From a virus, in the UHGV virus genome UHGV-0289908: a stretch of DNA of 64,000 nucleotides; one strand, written 5' to 3'. Under the pieces are notes generated by a model. It did no database searches. It saw only the letters and a list, made by a program, of their open reading frames with translations, and had not been told where the DNA came from. Shown piece by piece: positions 36,612 through 46,948 of this stretch; position 1 is the stretch's first letter; each line of letters starts with the position of its first letter. Made by a program: the position numbers and the translations under genes.

Positions 36612-36661
36612 CTAAAATATTATAAAACACCCTTGACTCGGGGTGTTTTTTGTTATATAAT
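36612..36661 (+). promoter_or_regulatory. Promoter module (TTGACT 36633-36638, 17-bp spacer, TGtTATATAAT) with an embedded hairpin
   Basis: Consensus. The ACACCC/GGGTGT hairpin sits between the -35 and the -10. Confidence 0.5.
36627..36652 (+). terminator. Hairpin ACACCC-ttgactcg-GGGTGT followed by TTTTTT, embedded in the promoter
   Basis: Stem and T-run immediately after the RecJ-like gene. Confidence 0.5.
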
Positions 36662-36693
36662 GTCGTTGTAAACAAAAGAAGGGAGGAGTCGAA

Positions 36694-37317
36694 ATGACAC
36701 CACAGGAAGAATACGAAAAGATATTAAAGATACGTAACAAGGAAATAAGTTTTGACGAAGCAGTCAAGAGTTACAAAGGAATGCTAGTTAAAAAGTCAAA
36801 ATCCTACCATATAGCAGGGCAAGATAAAGACGACCTTTATTCTTGCTCAATGTACTCCTTATACAAGGCGGTCAACACCTTTGATGGTAGCGGTAGTTTT
36901 ATAAAATACTTGGGATATATTATCGACAACGATTTTAAAAGCATGATTCGAAAGTCTTGGGGAGAAAGAAATGGTGATATTCACTATACTAATTGTGCTC
37001 GTCTAAACAAGCCTGTTGCAGCACATGTTGATGGGAACTTTGTTGAAATGGGGGAGCTGCTCCCAACCAATCTTTCATTAGATTGTTTGGATTACAACCT
37101 GCTAATTCCAATTGTTAAAGAAGCGATGATTGCCCTACCCCCAGAGGTTCAGAAATTACTCCAACTACATCTTTTTGAAGAATGCAATCAACAAGAAATT
37201 GCTAAAGAGTTTGGAGTGTTGCAGAGTACAATTTCAAGACGCATTCAACGGTCTCTTCTCTTACTACAAAAAGAGCTAGAGAAGCTAGACATCACCAACC
37301 CATATCCAAAACAATAA
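36694..37317 (+). CDS. Second phage sigma-70-family sigma factor
   Basis: Region-4 HTH 'NQQEIAKEFGVLQSTISRRIQRSLLLLQKEL'. Region-2-like 'DDLYSCSMYSLYKAVNTFD'. Confidence 0.6.
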   Translation: MTPQEEYEKILKIRNKEISFDEAVKSYKGMLVKKSKSYHIAGQDKDDLYSCSMYSLYKAVNTFDGSGSFIKYLGYIIDNDFKSMIRKSWGERNGDIHYTNCARLNKPVAAHVDGNFVEMGELLPTNLSLDCLDYNLLIPIVKEAMIALPPEVQKLLQLHLFEECNQQEIAKEFGVLQSTISRRIQRSLLLLQKELEKLDITNPYPKQ

Positions 37318-37331
37318 AATGGAGGTTTTAT

Positions 37332-40300
37332 ATGGATAAATTTATTAACTTACACACGCATGACGAATATTCAAACATTCGATTAAAAGACTCTACAAAT
37401 AGAATTCCAGTTATGGTGGACTATGTTGCCAATCAACTAGGACAGAAAGGATTCGCCATTACAAACCACGACTGTTTAAGCAACCATGTTAAATATATCA
37501 ATACAGTCAAAGACATGAAGAAAGAGGGTAAAATCCCACAAGACTTTAAATACATACTCGGTAACGAGATTTACTTATTGAGTGAAGAAGAAATGAACCA
37601 TCAATTAGAAAACAAATTGTACGTTCCTTTCTACCACTTTATACTTATTGCAAAAGACGAGATTGGACATTCGCAATTAAGAGAGTTAAGCTCTAGGGCA
37701 TGGAAACGAGGATTTAGCTATCGTGGTATGGATAGAGTTCCAACCTTTTACTCAGATATTGAGGAGGTTGTTGGTGGCAACCGAGGACATTTAGTTGCTT
37801 CAACAGCCTGCCTTGGGAGTAGATTTGCTCGTCTAGCATTGCAGTTCGCTCGTATGGAATTGTGCTTGGAGCAAGGGTACTACAATGACTCGTTTAAAAA
37901 AGAGCAGGTTCATGTAGGAGAGCAAGAAGCAAAACAAGCCATTGACGAGTTAAGAGGTCAAATTCATGATTTCCTTACTTGGTGTACATGGGCTTTTGAG
38001 GGCGATTTCTACATTGAAATGCAACCAAGTGAACAGGAAGACCAACTTTTATACAATAAAGTCGCTCAAAGGATAGCCATGGCATATAACATCCCAGTTA
38101 TCATTACAACAGACGCACATTACCTCAATGTAGAGGATAAGGCTATTCACAAGGCATTCCTTAAATCAGACGAAGATGACGAAACATTTGCTTCTGGAGG
38201 ACGTGAAACTGACGACTTCTATGACTCTACTTATTTCATGAGTAGTGAAGAGATACATACAAGACTTTCATATCTTGACCCCGAGTTTGTTGAAGAATGT
38301 ATTAGTAACACATATGCTATTTATAAATCGGTGGAGCAATACGACCTTCACATTAATCAAGAAGTTCCAGAGATACCTTTACCACCTGTTGTTTCATGGT
38401 TCTACAACGAAGAAATTGTTTCTTTAATCACAAAAGAGTTATTCCCTAATATTATAGCCATGAGAGAGTCGGACAATGAATACGATAGATATTTATATAC
38501 ACTTATCATAAAGGGGATGAAGGAACGAATTGCTCCAGAAGAATACTTAATGACATTGGTAAGGGTAGACCTAGAATGTAAAGAGGTAATAGGGATTTCT
38601 AAGGCGAAACAAACAACCATGAGTAGTTATTTCATCACCTTACAGAAGTTCGTAGACATTATTTGGGATGAAGCTGAATCTTTTGTCGGTGTTTCTCGTG
38701 GTTCGGCAGCAGGGTTTGAGATTAACTATCTGTTACAGATTGTTCAAATCAACCCGTTAAAACAACCAGTCGAAATGCCACATTGGAGGTTCATTAGTGC
38801 AGAGCGTCCAGACTTCCCCGATGTGGATTTAGATATTAGCTCCCATAAGCGAGACATTGCCTTCCGTAAGGTGCAAGAATACTACCAATCATTTGGTGGA
38901 GAAGTTGTCCGAGTTGGAACATTTAAAACAGAATCTTCTAAGAGTGCTATTCAAACAGCTTGTCGAGGAATTGGAGTATCGAGCGATATTGGAACTTATT
39001 TATCGTCACTCATCCCTATCACTCGTGGGTCTGTACACAGTTTGAAAGATACATACTATGGCAATCCAGACAAAGACTTAAAGCCAGTAACGGAATTTGT
39101 TAACCAAGTAAATCAATATGAAGGATTACTTGAATTAGCCATTGGTATTGAAGATATTATCTCTGGTCGAGGGGTTCACCCATGTGGAGTATGCTGTTTC
39201 ACAGACATTAACAAACATACTGCAATCATGAAAGCTCCTAATGGGGAATTAATCACCCAATACGACTTAGGAGATAACGAATATACAGGAAGTATCAAGA
39301 TGGACTTCTTAAACACTAAAACCATGAGTATGTTGCAAATTGCGTCAGAATTACTTATTGAAGCAGGGCACATGGAGTGGCAGGGTACTTTACGAGAAAC
39401 ATATAATAAGTATCTTCATCCAGACGTTCGTGATTATGACAACCCACACTATTATGAAGCATTAAATAAGGGAGAGTTAATAAGTGCGTTCCAATTCGAT
39501 TCGCAGGTTGGTAGTGTTGCATTGTCTTCTATTCGACCAACATCTCTATTAGAGGTTGCCAATGCCAACTCGTTAATGCGACTTATGAGCGACCATGAGG
39601 AACAACCTATGGATAAATATATCCGCTATAAAAACGACATTAACGAATGGTACAAAGACATGGAAGACTATGGATTAACAGAAGATGAGATTATGTTAGT
39701 TCGTAAACACCTTGACAAAGACAACGGAGTATGCTCTTCACAAGAGGGTATGATGCTTTTAACTATGGATGAGAAGGTAGCAAACTTTGACGTAGTTCAG
39801 TCAAATAAACTTCGAAAAGGTTGTGCGAAGAAAGTTCCTAAGTTAATTCAACAAGCCAAAGAGATGGTATTTGAACAAGGCATTGCCAACGGAGCGAGCG
39901 ACAAACTTTTACACTACATTTGGGACGAACAGATTAGCATGCAGTTAGGGTACAGTTTCTCGATTCTGCATACCATTGGATACTCACACATCTTATTACA
40001 ACAGTTAGAGTTAATTACTAACTACCCTCCTATCTATTGGAATACCGCAGTGCTACTCCTTGAATCTGGAGCTATCACTCAAGATACTGAGTCAGAGGAA
40101 GATAACAAGAAAGAGAAGACGACAAACTATGGGGTTGTAGCTTCTGCGATTTCAGATTTACAATTCCACGGGGTAACTATTGACCTACCTCACATTAATA
40201 AAGCAGAGGTGGGGTTCACGCCTCACGAAGAATCGAACTCAATCATGTTTGGTTTCAAAGGAGTCTCTACAATCAACAATGACGTAGCGGCTACTATTAT

Positions 40301-41447
40301 TGCAAACCGTCCATATGCGAGCTTACAAGACTTCCATGAGCGAATGGTAGAGGTTAAGCGAGAAGTAACATTATCAACAGGTAAGAAACAGATGAAGTCT
40401 TTAGTGTCATCTACGCAGACCATCAACTTAATCAAAGCAGGGGCATTCGATGACCTAGAGCAACGACCTCGTGCTGAGATTTTAGAAGATTACCTACGTC
40501 TGTTAAACCCACCTAAGAAGACCATGACGACAGCCAACATTAATGCTGTCATGGAAATGGGAATCATCCCTTCTGAATACCAACCTATGTTGTCAATGTT
40601 CAACTTCAAGAAATACATTCAAACACTTCCAAAGTATCAAGATGAATCATCTAAGTCAATCGTATGGCATGTCATTAACTGTGGTGACCATGAAATGACT
40701 GAATACTCAAACAATTTCTTCTTCAATAACTTTGGTGAATTACAAGAAGGTCGTGACTACTTCTATGATGAAGAGGGATATGTAAACGTAGCCTTAAAAA
40801 CAACTCGTAAAGGGTCGTTTGAGGATGTATTAAAACAGAAGACTAAGCCATTTACACAGTGGTTAAACAGTCCTGCTTGTATTGATACATACAATTACAT
40901 TGTCTTTGAGGATATCAAGCGTAACCTCATGGACGGCAATCAATCAAGATGGGAAATGGAATCAATGAACTACTACTATTCTGAGCATGAATTAGCAGGC
41001 ATTGATAAAGAACGCTATGGAATTGTGGACTTCAATGAACTTCCAGAAGAGCCAGTTATTACAGGATTCTCTCAATGGAGAGGTCAAGAGATTCCTCGTT
41101 TCGAATTGTCTCGTATCTGTGGTACAGTGCTCGACCGTGACAAAAACAAACACACGGTGTCTCTATTAACAGAATATGGGGTAGTTACACTTAAATTCCA
41201 TAGTGGACAATTCAGTTTCTATGATAAGACATTGTCTATGAATGACGCTGAAACAGGTAAGAAAGTAACCGTGGAGGAGTCTTGGTTCAAACGAGGACAG
41301 CTTTTGGTGTGTGTGGGCTATCGCAGAGGAAACCAATTCAGACCGAAACGCTACTCTAACTCAATCTATCAACACGCATTATGCAAGATTACACAATTAC
41401 ATGAAGATGGAACAGTATCTTACCAAGACGAACGTGCACAAATTTAA
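37332..41447 (+). CDS. dnaE: DnaE-type (Pol III alpha-like) replicative DNA polymerase with an N-terminal PHP domain
   Basis: 'INLHTHDEYSN' PHP motif. 1371 aa. 'GVHPCGV' and finger/palm-like regions. Single uninterrupted ORF. Confidence 0.7.
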   Translation: MDKFINLHTHDEYSNIRLKDSTNRIPVMVDYVANQLGQKGFAITNHDCLSNHVKYINTVKDMKKEGKIPQDFKYILGNEIYLLSEEEMNHQLENKLYVPFYHFILIAKDEIGHSQLRELSSRAWKRGFSYRGMDRVPTFYSDIEEVVGGNRGHLVASTACLGSRFARLALQFARMELCLEQGYYNDSFKKEQVHVGEQEAKQAIDELRGQIHDFLTWCTWAFEGDFYIEMQPSEQEDQLLYNKVAQRIAMAYNIPVIITTDAHYLNVEDKAIHKAFLKSDEDDETFASGGRETDDFYDSTYFMSSEEIHTRLSYLDPEFVEECISNTYAIYKSVEQYDLHINQEVPEIPLPPVVSWFYNEEIVSLITKELFPNIIAMRESDNEYDRYLYTLIIKGMKERIAPEEYLMTLVRVDLECKEVIGISKAKQTTMSSYFITLQKFVDIIWDEAESFVGVSRGSAAGFEINYLLQIVQINPLKQPVEMPHWRFISAERPDFPDVDLDISSHKRDIAFRKVQEYYQSFGGEVVRVGTFKTESSKSAIQTACRGIGVSSDIGTYLSSLIPITRGSVHSLKDTYYGNPDKDLKPVTEFVNQVNQYEGLLELAIGIEDIISGRGVHPCGVCCFTDINKHTAIMKAPNGELITQYDLGDNEYTGSIKMDFLNTKTMSMLQIASELLIEAGHMEWQGTLRETYNKYLHPDVRDYDNPHYYEALNKGELISAFQFDSQVGSVALSSIRPTSLLEVANANSLMRLMSDHEEQPMDKYIRYKNDINEWYKDMEDYGLTEDEIMLVRKHLDKDNGVCSSQEGMMLLTMDEKVANFDVVQSNKLRKGCAKKVPKLIQQAKEMVFEQGIANGASDKLLHYIWDEQISMQLGYSFSILHTIGYSHILLQQLELITNYPPIYWNTAVLLLESGAITQDTESEEDNKKEKTTNYGVVASAISDLQFHGVTIDLPHINKAEVGFTPHEESNSIMFGFKGVSTINNDVAATIIANRPYASLQDFHERMVEVKREVTLSTGKKQMKSLVSSTQTINLIKAGAFDDLEQRPRAEILEDYLRLLNPPKKTMTTANINAVMEMGIIPSEYQPMLSMFNFKKYIQTLPKYQDESSKSIVWHVINCGDHEMTEYSNNFFFNNFGELQEGRDYFYDEEGYVNVALKTTRKGSFEDVLKQKTKPFTQWLNSPACIDTYNYIVFEDIKRNLMDGNQSRWEMESMNYYYSEHELAGIDKERYGIVDFNELPEEPVITGFSQWRGQEIPRFELSRICGTVLDRDKNKHTVSLLTEYGVVTLKFHSGQFSFYDKTLSMNDAETGKKVTVEESWFKRGQLLVCVGYRRGNQFRPKRYSNSIYQHALCKITQLHEDGTVSYQDERAQI

Positions 41448-41450
41448 TGC

Positions 41451-41500
41451 TAAAATATTATAAAACCTATTGACAGTGTTCGACACTGCATGATATAATT
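41451..41500 (+). promoter_or_regulatory. Promoter module (TTGACA 41471-41476, 18-bp spacer, TGaTATAAT)
   Basis: Consensus. Confidence 0.6.
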
Positions 41501-41501
41501 A

Positions 41502-41535
41502 CCCTGTGATTAAACGTCACAGGGTTTTTATTTTA
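41502..41535 (+). terminator. Hairpin CCCTGTGA-ttaaacg-TCACAGGG followed by TTTTTATTTT, immediately downstream of the promoter -10
   Basis: Perfect 8-bp stem and a T-run. Likely terminates the polymerase transcript; it sits at about +1 of the next transcript. Confidence 0.6.
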
Positions 41536-41552
41536 CTACAAGGAGCGATTGT

Positions 41553-41972
41553 ATGTTAAGAGATGTAGCTTATGAAGAACATTCAATACTGAAGCACATT
41601 CGTGCAGACAAGATTGTTACAGACAATGTTAGAGTGCGTGGAACAGTCGAGCTAATAAAGACAGAGTATGACGGATATTCTAAAAAGAAAATGGTCTACG
41701 TTACAGACTTGAGTCTATGTAGTTGGGACAATACTCCAAAGTGCGATTTACCAGACATTAAGCTAAGAGTGAGTTATTCCGACAACTTTAAAAAGAATCG
41801 TGTAGAAAGCGGAGACCATATCGCTTTCACATGTAGAATTCAAATTGAACATCCTCAACAAACGTGTTACGATGGGCTAAGACCTAATCATTGCAACAAT
41901 ATTACAAAACTTATTGTTGCATATTATGAGCAATATCAGAATCTAAAGGAGGATGTAGATAATGAACAATAG
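41553..41972 (+). CDS. Hypothetical protein
   Basis: ORF. RBS 'CAAGGAGCGATTGTATG'. Confidence 0.45.
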   Translation: MLRDVAYEEHSILKHIRADKIVTDNVRVRGTVELIKTEYDGYSKKKMVYVTDLSLCSWDNTPKCDLPDIKLRVSYSDNFKKNRVESGDHIAFTCRIQIEHPQQTCYDGLRPNHCNNITKLIVAYYEQYQNLKEDVDNEQ

Positions 41973-44349
41973 AGAGTTTACCTGCATGGTGGAATTCAAT
42001 CGACAATTCTATCCTAAAGACAACAAAAAGATTATGGATGGAGATTGGGGGATTGTTACTGTAAAAGTTCACGAGATTGAGGTTGATGGTGAAATGCTCG
42101 ACTATAATAAACTGGACTTTAACAACAAGCATAAAGATTATGCTTTGCATATTGACTCTCGATTTGGCACTATCACTATCAAGGGAAACATGTGCGAAAT
42201 GCACAAGGATACGAGATACAAGGTTTGTCTTAAAGAGGTCTACGACAGTAAAAACGAGCGTTGGGGATATGACATCAAGTTTATTCAAGAGCGATATTCA
42301 TTTGATACAGTAGAGAAACAAAGAAAGTTCCTATTGCGTATCCTAACCGAGCGTCAAGTGGACAACATCTTCGCCACATTCGAGAGCCCTATGGAGATTC
42401 TTGAGAATAACGACGTAGAAGCATTAACGAATGTCAAAGGAATTGGTGGAAAGACGGCTCAAGACATCCTGTCTAAATTCATGGCTACCAAAGATTTTGG
42501 AAAAGCGTTCGTAGAGCTTAGTGGGTATGGATTAACAAATGCTATGATTTACAAACTTGTTGACCGCTACGGTAGTCCAGACATTGTGGTAAGTAAGGTG
42601 AAGAACAATCCATACATTCTCGCACACGAGGTTGATGGTATCGGATTCTTAAAAGCCGACGCTATTGCGTTGTCAGTGGGATATGACCCAAATTCGCCTA
42701 AACGTTGTTCGGCATATTTACAGTACTTCTTCGATAATATGGTTCAAGAGGGTCATTCATATGTAACAGGAGAGCATATGATGGATGCCATCTACGACGC
42801 TCTAGGGAACACATTTAATCATGGAAGTATTGGTTTGGCACTACGTTGGCTAACTGATAAAGGCAAGCTATGGTTCAATGAAGACCGCACCGTATTTGCT
42901 TCACGCAAGCATTACGAAACCGAGCGTCTTGTTGCCTTAAATATCATTCGACTGGTCAATGCCGAAAACAACTTCTACTTTGATAATTGGGAGGAGAAGA
43001 TAGCACAGGTTGAAGCAGAACAGGGATGGCAGTTCACAGACGAACAATATACTTCTATCCAATCAACCCTTGAGCACAATGTAGTAGTTACCGCAGGATA
43101 TGGAGGAACAGGGAAATCAAGTTCTGTTTCTGGAATGTTGAGAGTCCTTGAGGGATATACTTTTGCTCAGTGTGCTCTTTCGGGGAAAGCGTCTGTAAAC
43201 ATGATGCACATTACGGGAGCAGATGGGTACACAATCCACCGATTGCTTGGATACAATCCTCAGACTGGGTGGAAGCACAGTGAGAGCAATCCATTAGAGT
43301 ATGACATCATTATCCTAGACGAGTTCTCAATGGTTGACGCTGAACTGTTTGCTCGATTGCTATGTGCCATCAAAGACGGGGCAAAGTTAATTATGTTAGG
43401 CGATACAGGACAGTTAACCAACATTGGAATTGGAAATGTCATGCACGACCTAATTGAGTCTGGATATGTTTGGACTAACCAACTTACACAGATTCACCGA
43501 CAGGCAGCCAAGTCCGCTATCATCACAGAGTCAATCAAACTTCGTAATTCAGAACATATTGTTAAGGCAGGATTTGAAGGACGAGTGATACTTGGTGAAT
43601 TGCAAGACCTTGAGATTATTGGATATAAGGAACATGAGAACCGCAAGACTGGCGAGAATGGCAAGGGTGTTCAACTCATTATGGACGAATACTTACGCAT
43701 TCGACCTAATGTAAGCAACATCATGGACATCTCAGTAATTCTCCCAACAAACTATCGAGGGACATGCACTTACAAGTTGAACCTGCTGATTCAAGCTGTG
43801 GAGATTAATCACAAGAAAGGCTTAAACGTTCGAGGTCTTGAGATTGGTGGAGACCACCCATACACATTATACATAGGTGACAAGGTCATCAATACAAAGA
43901 ACAACTATCAGTCGTTCTACAGAGAATACTTAGGGGAAGACGAATTTGGTAACCCAATGTATGACAAAGTTAAACGTGAGATTTATAATGGAAACATGGG
44001 AATTGTAACAGCGATTGACCATCAAAACCGAGAAATCGAAGTTGACTTTGAGCGTATAGGAAAGGTTACAATTACAGCGGACGATTTGAGCAATATCCAC
44101 CTTGGGTATGCGATTAGTGTCCATAAGTCGCAGGGGGCAACAATTCCTTATGTTATTGTAGGGGTGGATTACACTCACTTTAAAATGCTGTCTCGTGAGT
44201 TAGTATACACAGCAATTACCCGAGCCAAAAAACATTGTGTCTTGGTAGCAGAAACACGAGCATTGCGTCGAGCAACCACTACAACAAACATTATCTCAAA
44301 ACAGACTTTCCTTCCATTCTTCTTGGATGGGTCATTGCCAATTTTGTGA
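41962..44349 (+). CDS. RecD-like (RecD2-type) ATP-dependent DNA helicase with an N-terminal HhH
   Basis: 'KGIGGKTAQDIL' HhH. Walker A 'TAGYGGTGKSS'. 'IILDEFSMVD' Walker B. C-terminal 'AISVHKSQG...VTRAK' motifs. Confidence 0.75.
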   Translation: MNNREFTCMVEFNRQFYPKDNKKIMDGDWGIVTVKVHEIEVDGEMLDYNKLDFNNKHKDYALHIDSRFGTITIKGNMCEMHKDTRYKVCLKEVYDSKNERWGYDIKFIQERYSFDTVEKQRKFLLRILTERQVDNIFATFESPMEILENNDVEALTNVKGIGGKTAQDILSKFMATKDFGKAFVELSGYGLTNAMIYKLVDRYGSPDIVVSKVKNNPYILAHEVDGIGFLKADAIALSVGYDPNSPKRCSAYLQYFFDNMVQEGHSYVTGEHMMDAIYDALGNTFNHGSIGLALRWLTDKGKLWFNEDRTVFASRKHYETERLVALNIIRLVNAENNFYFDNWEEKIAQVEAEQGWQFTDEQYTSIQSTLEHNVVVTAGYGGTGKSSSVSGMLRVLEGYTFAQCALSGKASVNMMHITGADGYTIHRLLGYNPQTGWKHSESNPLEYDIIILDEFSMVDAELFARLLCAIKDGAKLIMLGDTGQLTNIGIGNVMHDLIESGYVWTNQLTQIHRQAAKSAIITESIKLRNSEHIVKAGFEGRVILGELQDLEIIGYKEHENRKTGENGKGVQLIMDEYLRIRPNVSNIMDISVILPTNYRGTCTYKLNLLIQAVEINHKKGLNVRGLEIGGDHPYTLYIGDKVINTKNNYQSFYREYLGEDEFGNPMYDKVKREIYNGNMGIVTAIDHQNREIEVDFERIGKVTITADDLSNIHLGYAISVHKSQGATIPYVIVGVDYTHFKMLSRELVYTAITRAKKHCVLVAETRALRRATTTTNIISKQTFLPFFLDGSLPIL

Positions 44350-44397
44350 TAAAATATTATAAAATGGATTGACATTTTGCGACATTTTTGATATAAT
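44350..44397 (+). promoter_or_regulatory. Promoter module (TTGACA 44369-44374, 17-bp spacer, TGaTATAAT)
   Basis: Consensus. Confidence 0.6.
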
Positions 44398-44424
44398 ATA
44401 GGTATGTTGAAAGGAGGTGACAAC

Positions 44425-44604
44425 ATGTCACAGAAGAGAGAGAAAAAGAAACATGAATATGACTTTCTATGCTTTTGTGGAGAGGTGTCAACACACCAAC
44501 TCCCTATAGAGCATGGGCTTAGCGGGACAAAGGCAAAGGGATTCGTTAGGTGTCCGCATTGCGACCGTGAGACATACTTGAAGATATACTTAGACTTAAA
44601 ATAG
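44425..44604 (+). CDS. Small zinc-ribbon protein
   Basis: 'CFCGE...CPHCDRETY'. RBS 'AAAGGAGGTGACAACATG'. Confidence 0.35.
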   Translation: MSQKREKKKHEYDFLCFCGEVSTHQLPIEHGLSGTKAKGFVRCPHCDRETYLKIYLDLK

Positions 44605-44615
44605 GGGGAAACAAT

Positions 44616-44798
44616 ATGGTAAAATTTATTACATATGCACTACAACTGGTTATCATTCTTATTTTACTTAAGGTGTGTTTCAATCTTGTGGTGATGGTAA
44701 TGGTGGGATTTATTAAAGCCATACCTGCTCTTGTTCTTGCGGTGCTTGCCTTGGTACTTTTAGATAAGATTTTTGACAACGAAGAAGAAGAAGAATAG
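44616..44798 (+). CDS. Small membrane protein with an acidic tail
   Basis: Two hydrophobic helices followed by 'DNEEEEE'. Confidence 0.35.
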   Translation: MVKFITYALQLVIILILLKVCFNLVVMVMVGFIKAIPALVLAVLALVLLDKIFDNEEEEE

Positions 44799-44810
44799 GA
44801 GACGATTTAC

Positions 44811-45980
44811 ATGGCATTAGTTATTAAACGAGATGGAAATTTAACAGGGTTTAACAAGAATAAGATTAAGGTGGCAATTTTAAAAGCAATGGAGTATGGT
44901 AGCGGCATTGTCAATAAAGAGATTGCCGAAACTGTTGCTCAAGAAGCTGAAAATACATACAATGTTGATGGAAAGATGACAGTAAGCATTGCAGAGATTG
45001 AAGCATTCGTGTTTCAACAATTAGTCCAACACGGACATGAATTAACCGCACGTGCCTATGAAGGATACCGTTCTGTTCAAGCCTTCAAACGTGAGACAAA
45101 CACAACGGATGAATCAATCTTGGGGCTAATTCGTGGAACAAATGAAGAAGCTATCAATGAGAACTCAAACAAAAATGCTTACATTGCTTCTACTCAACGA
45201 GACCTTGTAGCAGGAGAGGTTTCAAAAGACCTTGCACGTAGACACTTAATTCCTGCTCATATTGTGCAAGCTCATGATGAAGGTGTCATTCACTATCACG
45301 ACCTTGATTATGCGTTACAACAAATTCCAAACTGTAACTTAGTTAACTTAAAAGATATGTTGGATAATGGCACTGTGATTAATGGAAAACGTGTTGACTC
45401 TCCAAATTCATTCTTAACTGCTTGTACTATTGCTACTCAAATTATGGCACAGGTTGCAAGTGGACAATTCGGAGGACAAACAAGCTCATTATCGCACTTA
45501 GCTCCTTACGTTCGTAAATCAAGAGAGCGTTACTATGACTTATTAAAGGACACAATCAACTCTATTGACGAGTTAAATAACACAGTTGATAAGTTAGTTA
45601 AGAAGGAGATTGCTTCTGGAGTACAGACAATCCAATATCAAATACAGACGCTCGCAACATCTAATGGTCAGTCACCTTTCGTTTCTTTATTCATGTATTT
45701 AAACGAAGATGAAGAGTATATCGAAGAGATGGCTTTAATCATTGAAGAAGTATTAAAGCAACGCATCTTAGGGGTGAAGAATGAGCAAGGAGTATACATT
45801 AGTCCTGCATTCCCTAAATTGCTTTACGTTCTTGATGAGAACAATACATACGAAGGTAGCGAATACTACTACTTAACTAAATTAGCAGTTGAATGTGTGT
45901 CTAAACGCATTGTTCCAGACTTCATCAGTGCTAAAAAGATGAAAGAACATTATGAAGGACAAGTGTTCCCTTGTATGGGT
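44811..45980 (+). CDS. nrdD: Anaerobic ribonucleotide reductase NrdD, exon 1 (ATP-cone plus N-terminal catalytic region)
   Basis: 'MALVIKRDGNLTGFNKNKIKVAILKA' ATP-cone. The ORF runs into intron sequence after '...VFPCMG'. Confidence 0.8.
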
Positions 45981-46948
45981 AAGTAAAACTGCCCATGTAA
46001 AACTCGGTGAACCTAGAAATCTAGGGTGTATAATCAGCGATTAGTAGCATTAGGAAATGAGTGCTAATGATTATGCTAACAGGGGAAGTCGCATAGATTA
46101 TCCTGTGCTAAGTCTCAACATGCAGTATAGGAGGAGATGTCATGTATACTGTATATAAAGCCACCAATGTAAATAATCATAAAATCTATATTGGGGCAAC
46201 TAACAATTTAAAACGAAGAATAAATGAACACAAAAACCACGCACGCAAAGATAAGAGTAGATTCCACGGTGCAATTTTAAGGTATGGAATTGAAAGTTTT
46301 GTTTTTGAAATACTTTTACAATGTGAAAACAAAGAAGAAATGTTTGAAAAAGAAAAAGAGATGATTGCCCTTTTTGACTCTACGAACCCAGAGATTGGCT
46401 ATAACGAGACCGAGGGAGGTAGAGGAGGTCAAACTCACGACATACACGGAGAGAGAAATCCTATGCACGGCAAACTTTACACCGAAGAGGAGAGGAAAGC
46501 TCTATCGGACAAATTAAAAGGTCGAAAGATAACTGCCGAACATAGGCACAAAATAAGCTCAAGTCTCAAAGGAAAAGAAAAGAGTGAGCAACACAGGTTG
46601 AATTTATCAAAGGCTCTTAAAGGGAATCTTCCATCCAACTCCCGCAAAATCTCTGTGATACATACGATAACTGGAGAAATATTAACCTTTAACTCAGAAG
46701 CGGAAATGGAACGAGCGTTAAAATGTGGTCGTGCAACGGTTAAAAGTGGGCGAATTACCAAGAATGGATATAAATTGTATGTTGAGAAAAGTCAAGAGAC
46801 TATCGAAAGCATAGCATAAGAGAAAAACTTATGTGAAGAAGCGAGTAGAGTACATTTGAGGTGGAATTCCTCATTTGGAAGTGCCGAGGTCTTGTGTGTT
46901 GGTAATAGACATGCAAGACATGATATAGTCCAACCTCGCAAGAGGTTG
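45981..46948 (+). mobile_element. Group I self-splicing intron in nrdD carrying a GIY-YIG homing endonuclease
   Basis: The exon-1 end 'ATGGGT' pairs with intron 'GCCCAT' at 45991-45996 (P1 helix with the U.G wobble at the splice site). CAACCTC-GCAA-GAGGTTG GNRA hairpin ends at G46948 directly before exon 2. Joining gives '...PCMG|CRSFLSPW...'. Confidence 0.75.
46142..46819 (+). CDS. GIY-YIG homing endonuclease (intron-encoded)
   Basis: 'MYTVYKATNVNNHKIYIGATNNLKRRINEHKN' GIY-YIG motif. C-terminal repeated 'KLKG / SLKG / ALKG' NUMOD-like DNA-binding repeats. Confidence 0.8.
   Translation: MYTVYKATNVNNHKIYIGATNNLKRRINEHKNHARKDKSRFHGAILRYGIESFVFEILLQCENKEEMFEKEKEMIALFDSTNPEIGYNETEGGRGGQTHDIHGERNPMHGKLYTEEERKALSDKLKGRKITAEHRHKISSSLKGKEKSEQHRLNLSKALKGNLPSNSRKISVIHTITGEILTFNSEAEMERALKCGRATVKSGRITKNGYKLYVEKSQETIESIA

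Noticed and set aside
46856-46948. N-terminal 31 codons of ORF 46856..47908 as part of NrdD
   Set aside because: The NrdD-conserved sequence begins at CRSFL (46949). The upstream in-frame stretch coincides with the intron 3' hairpin and terminal G, so it is intron, not coding.
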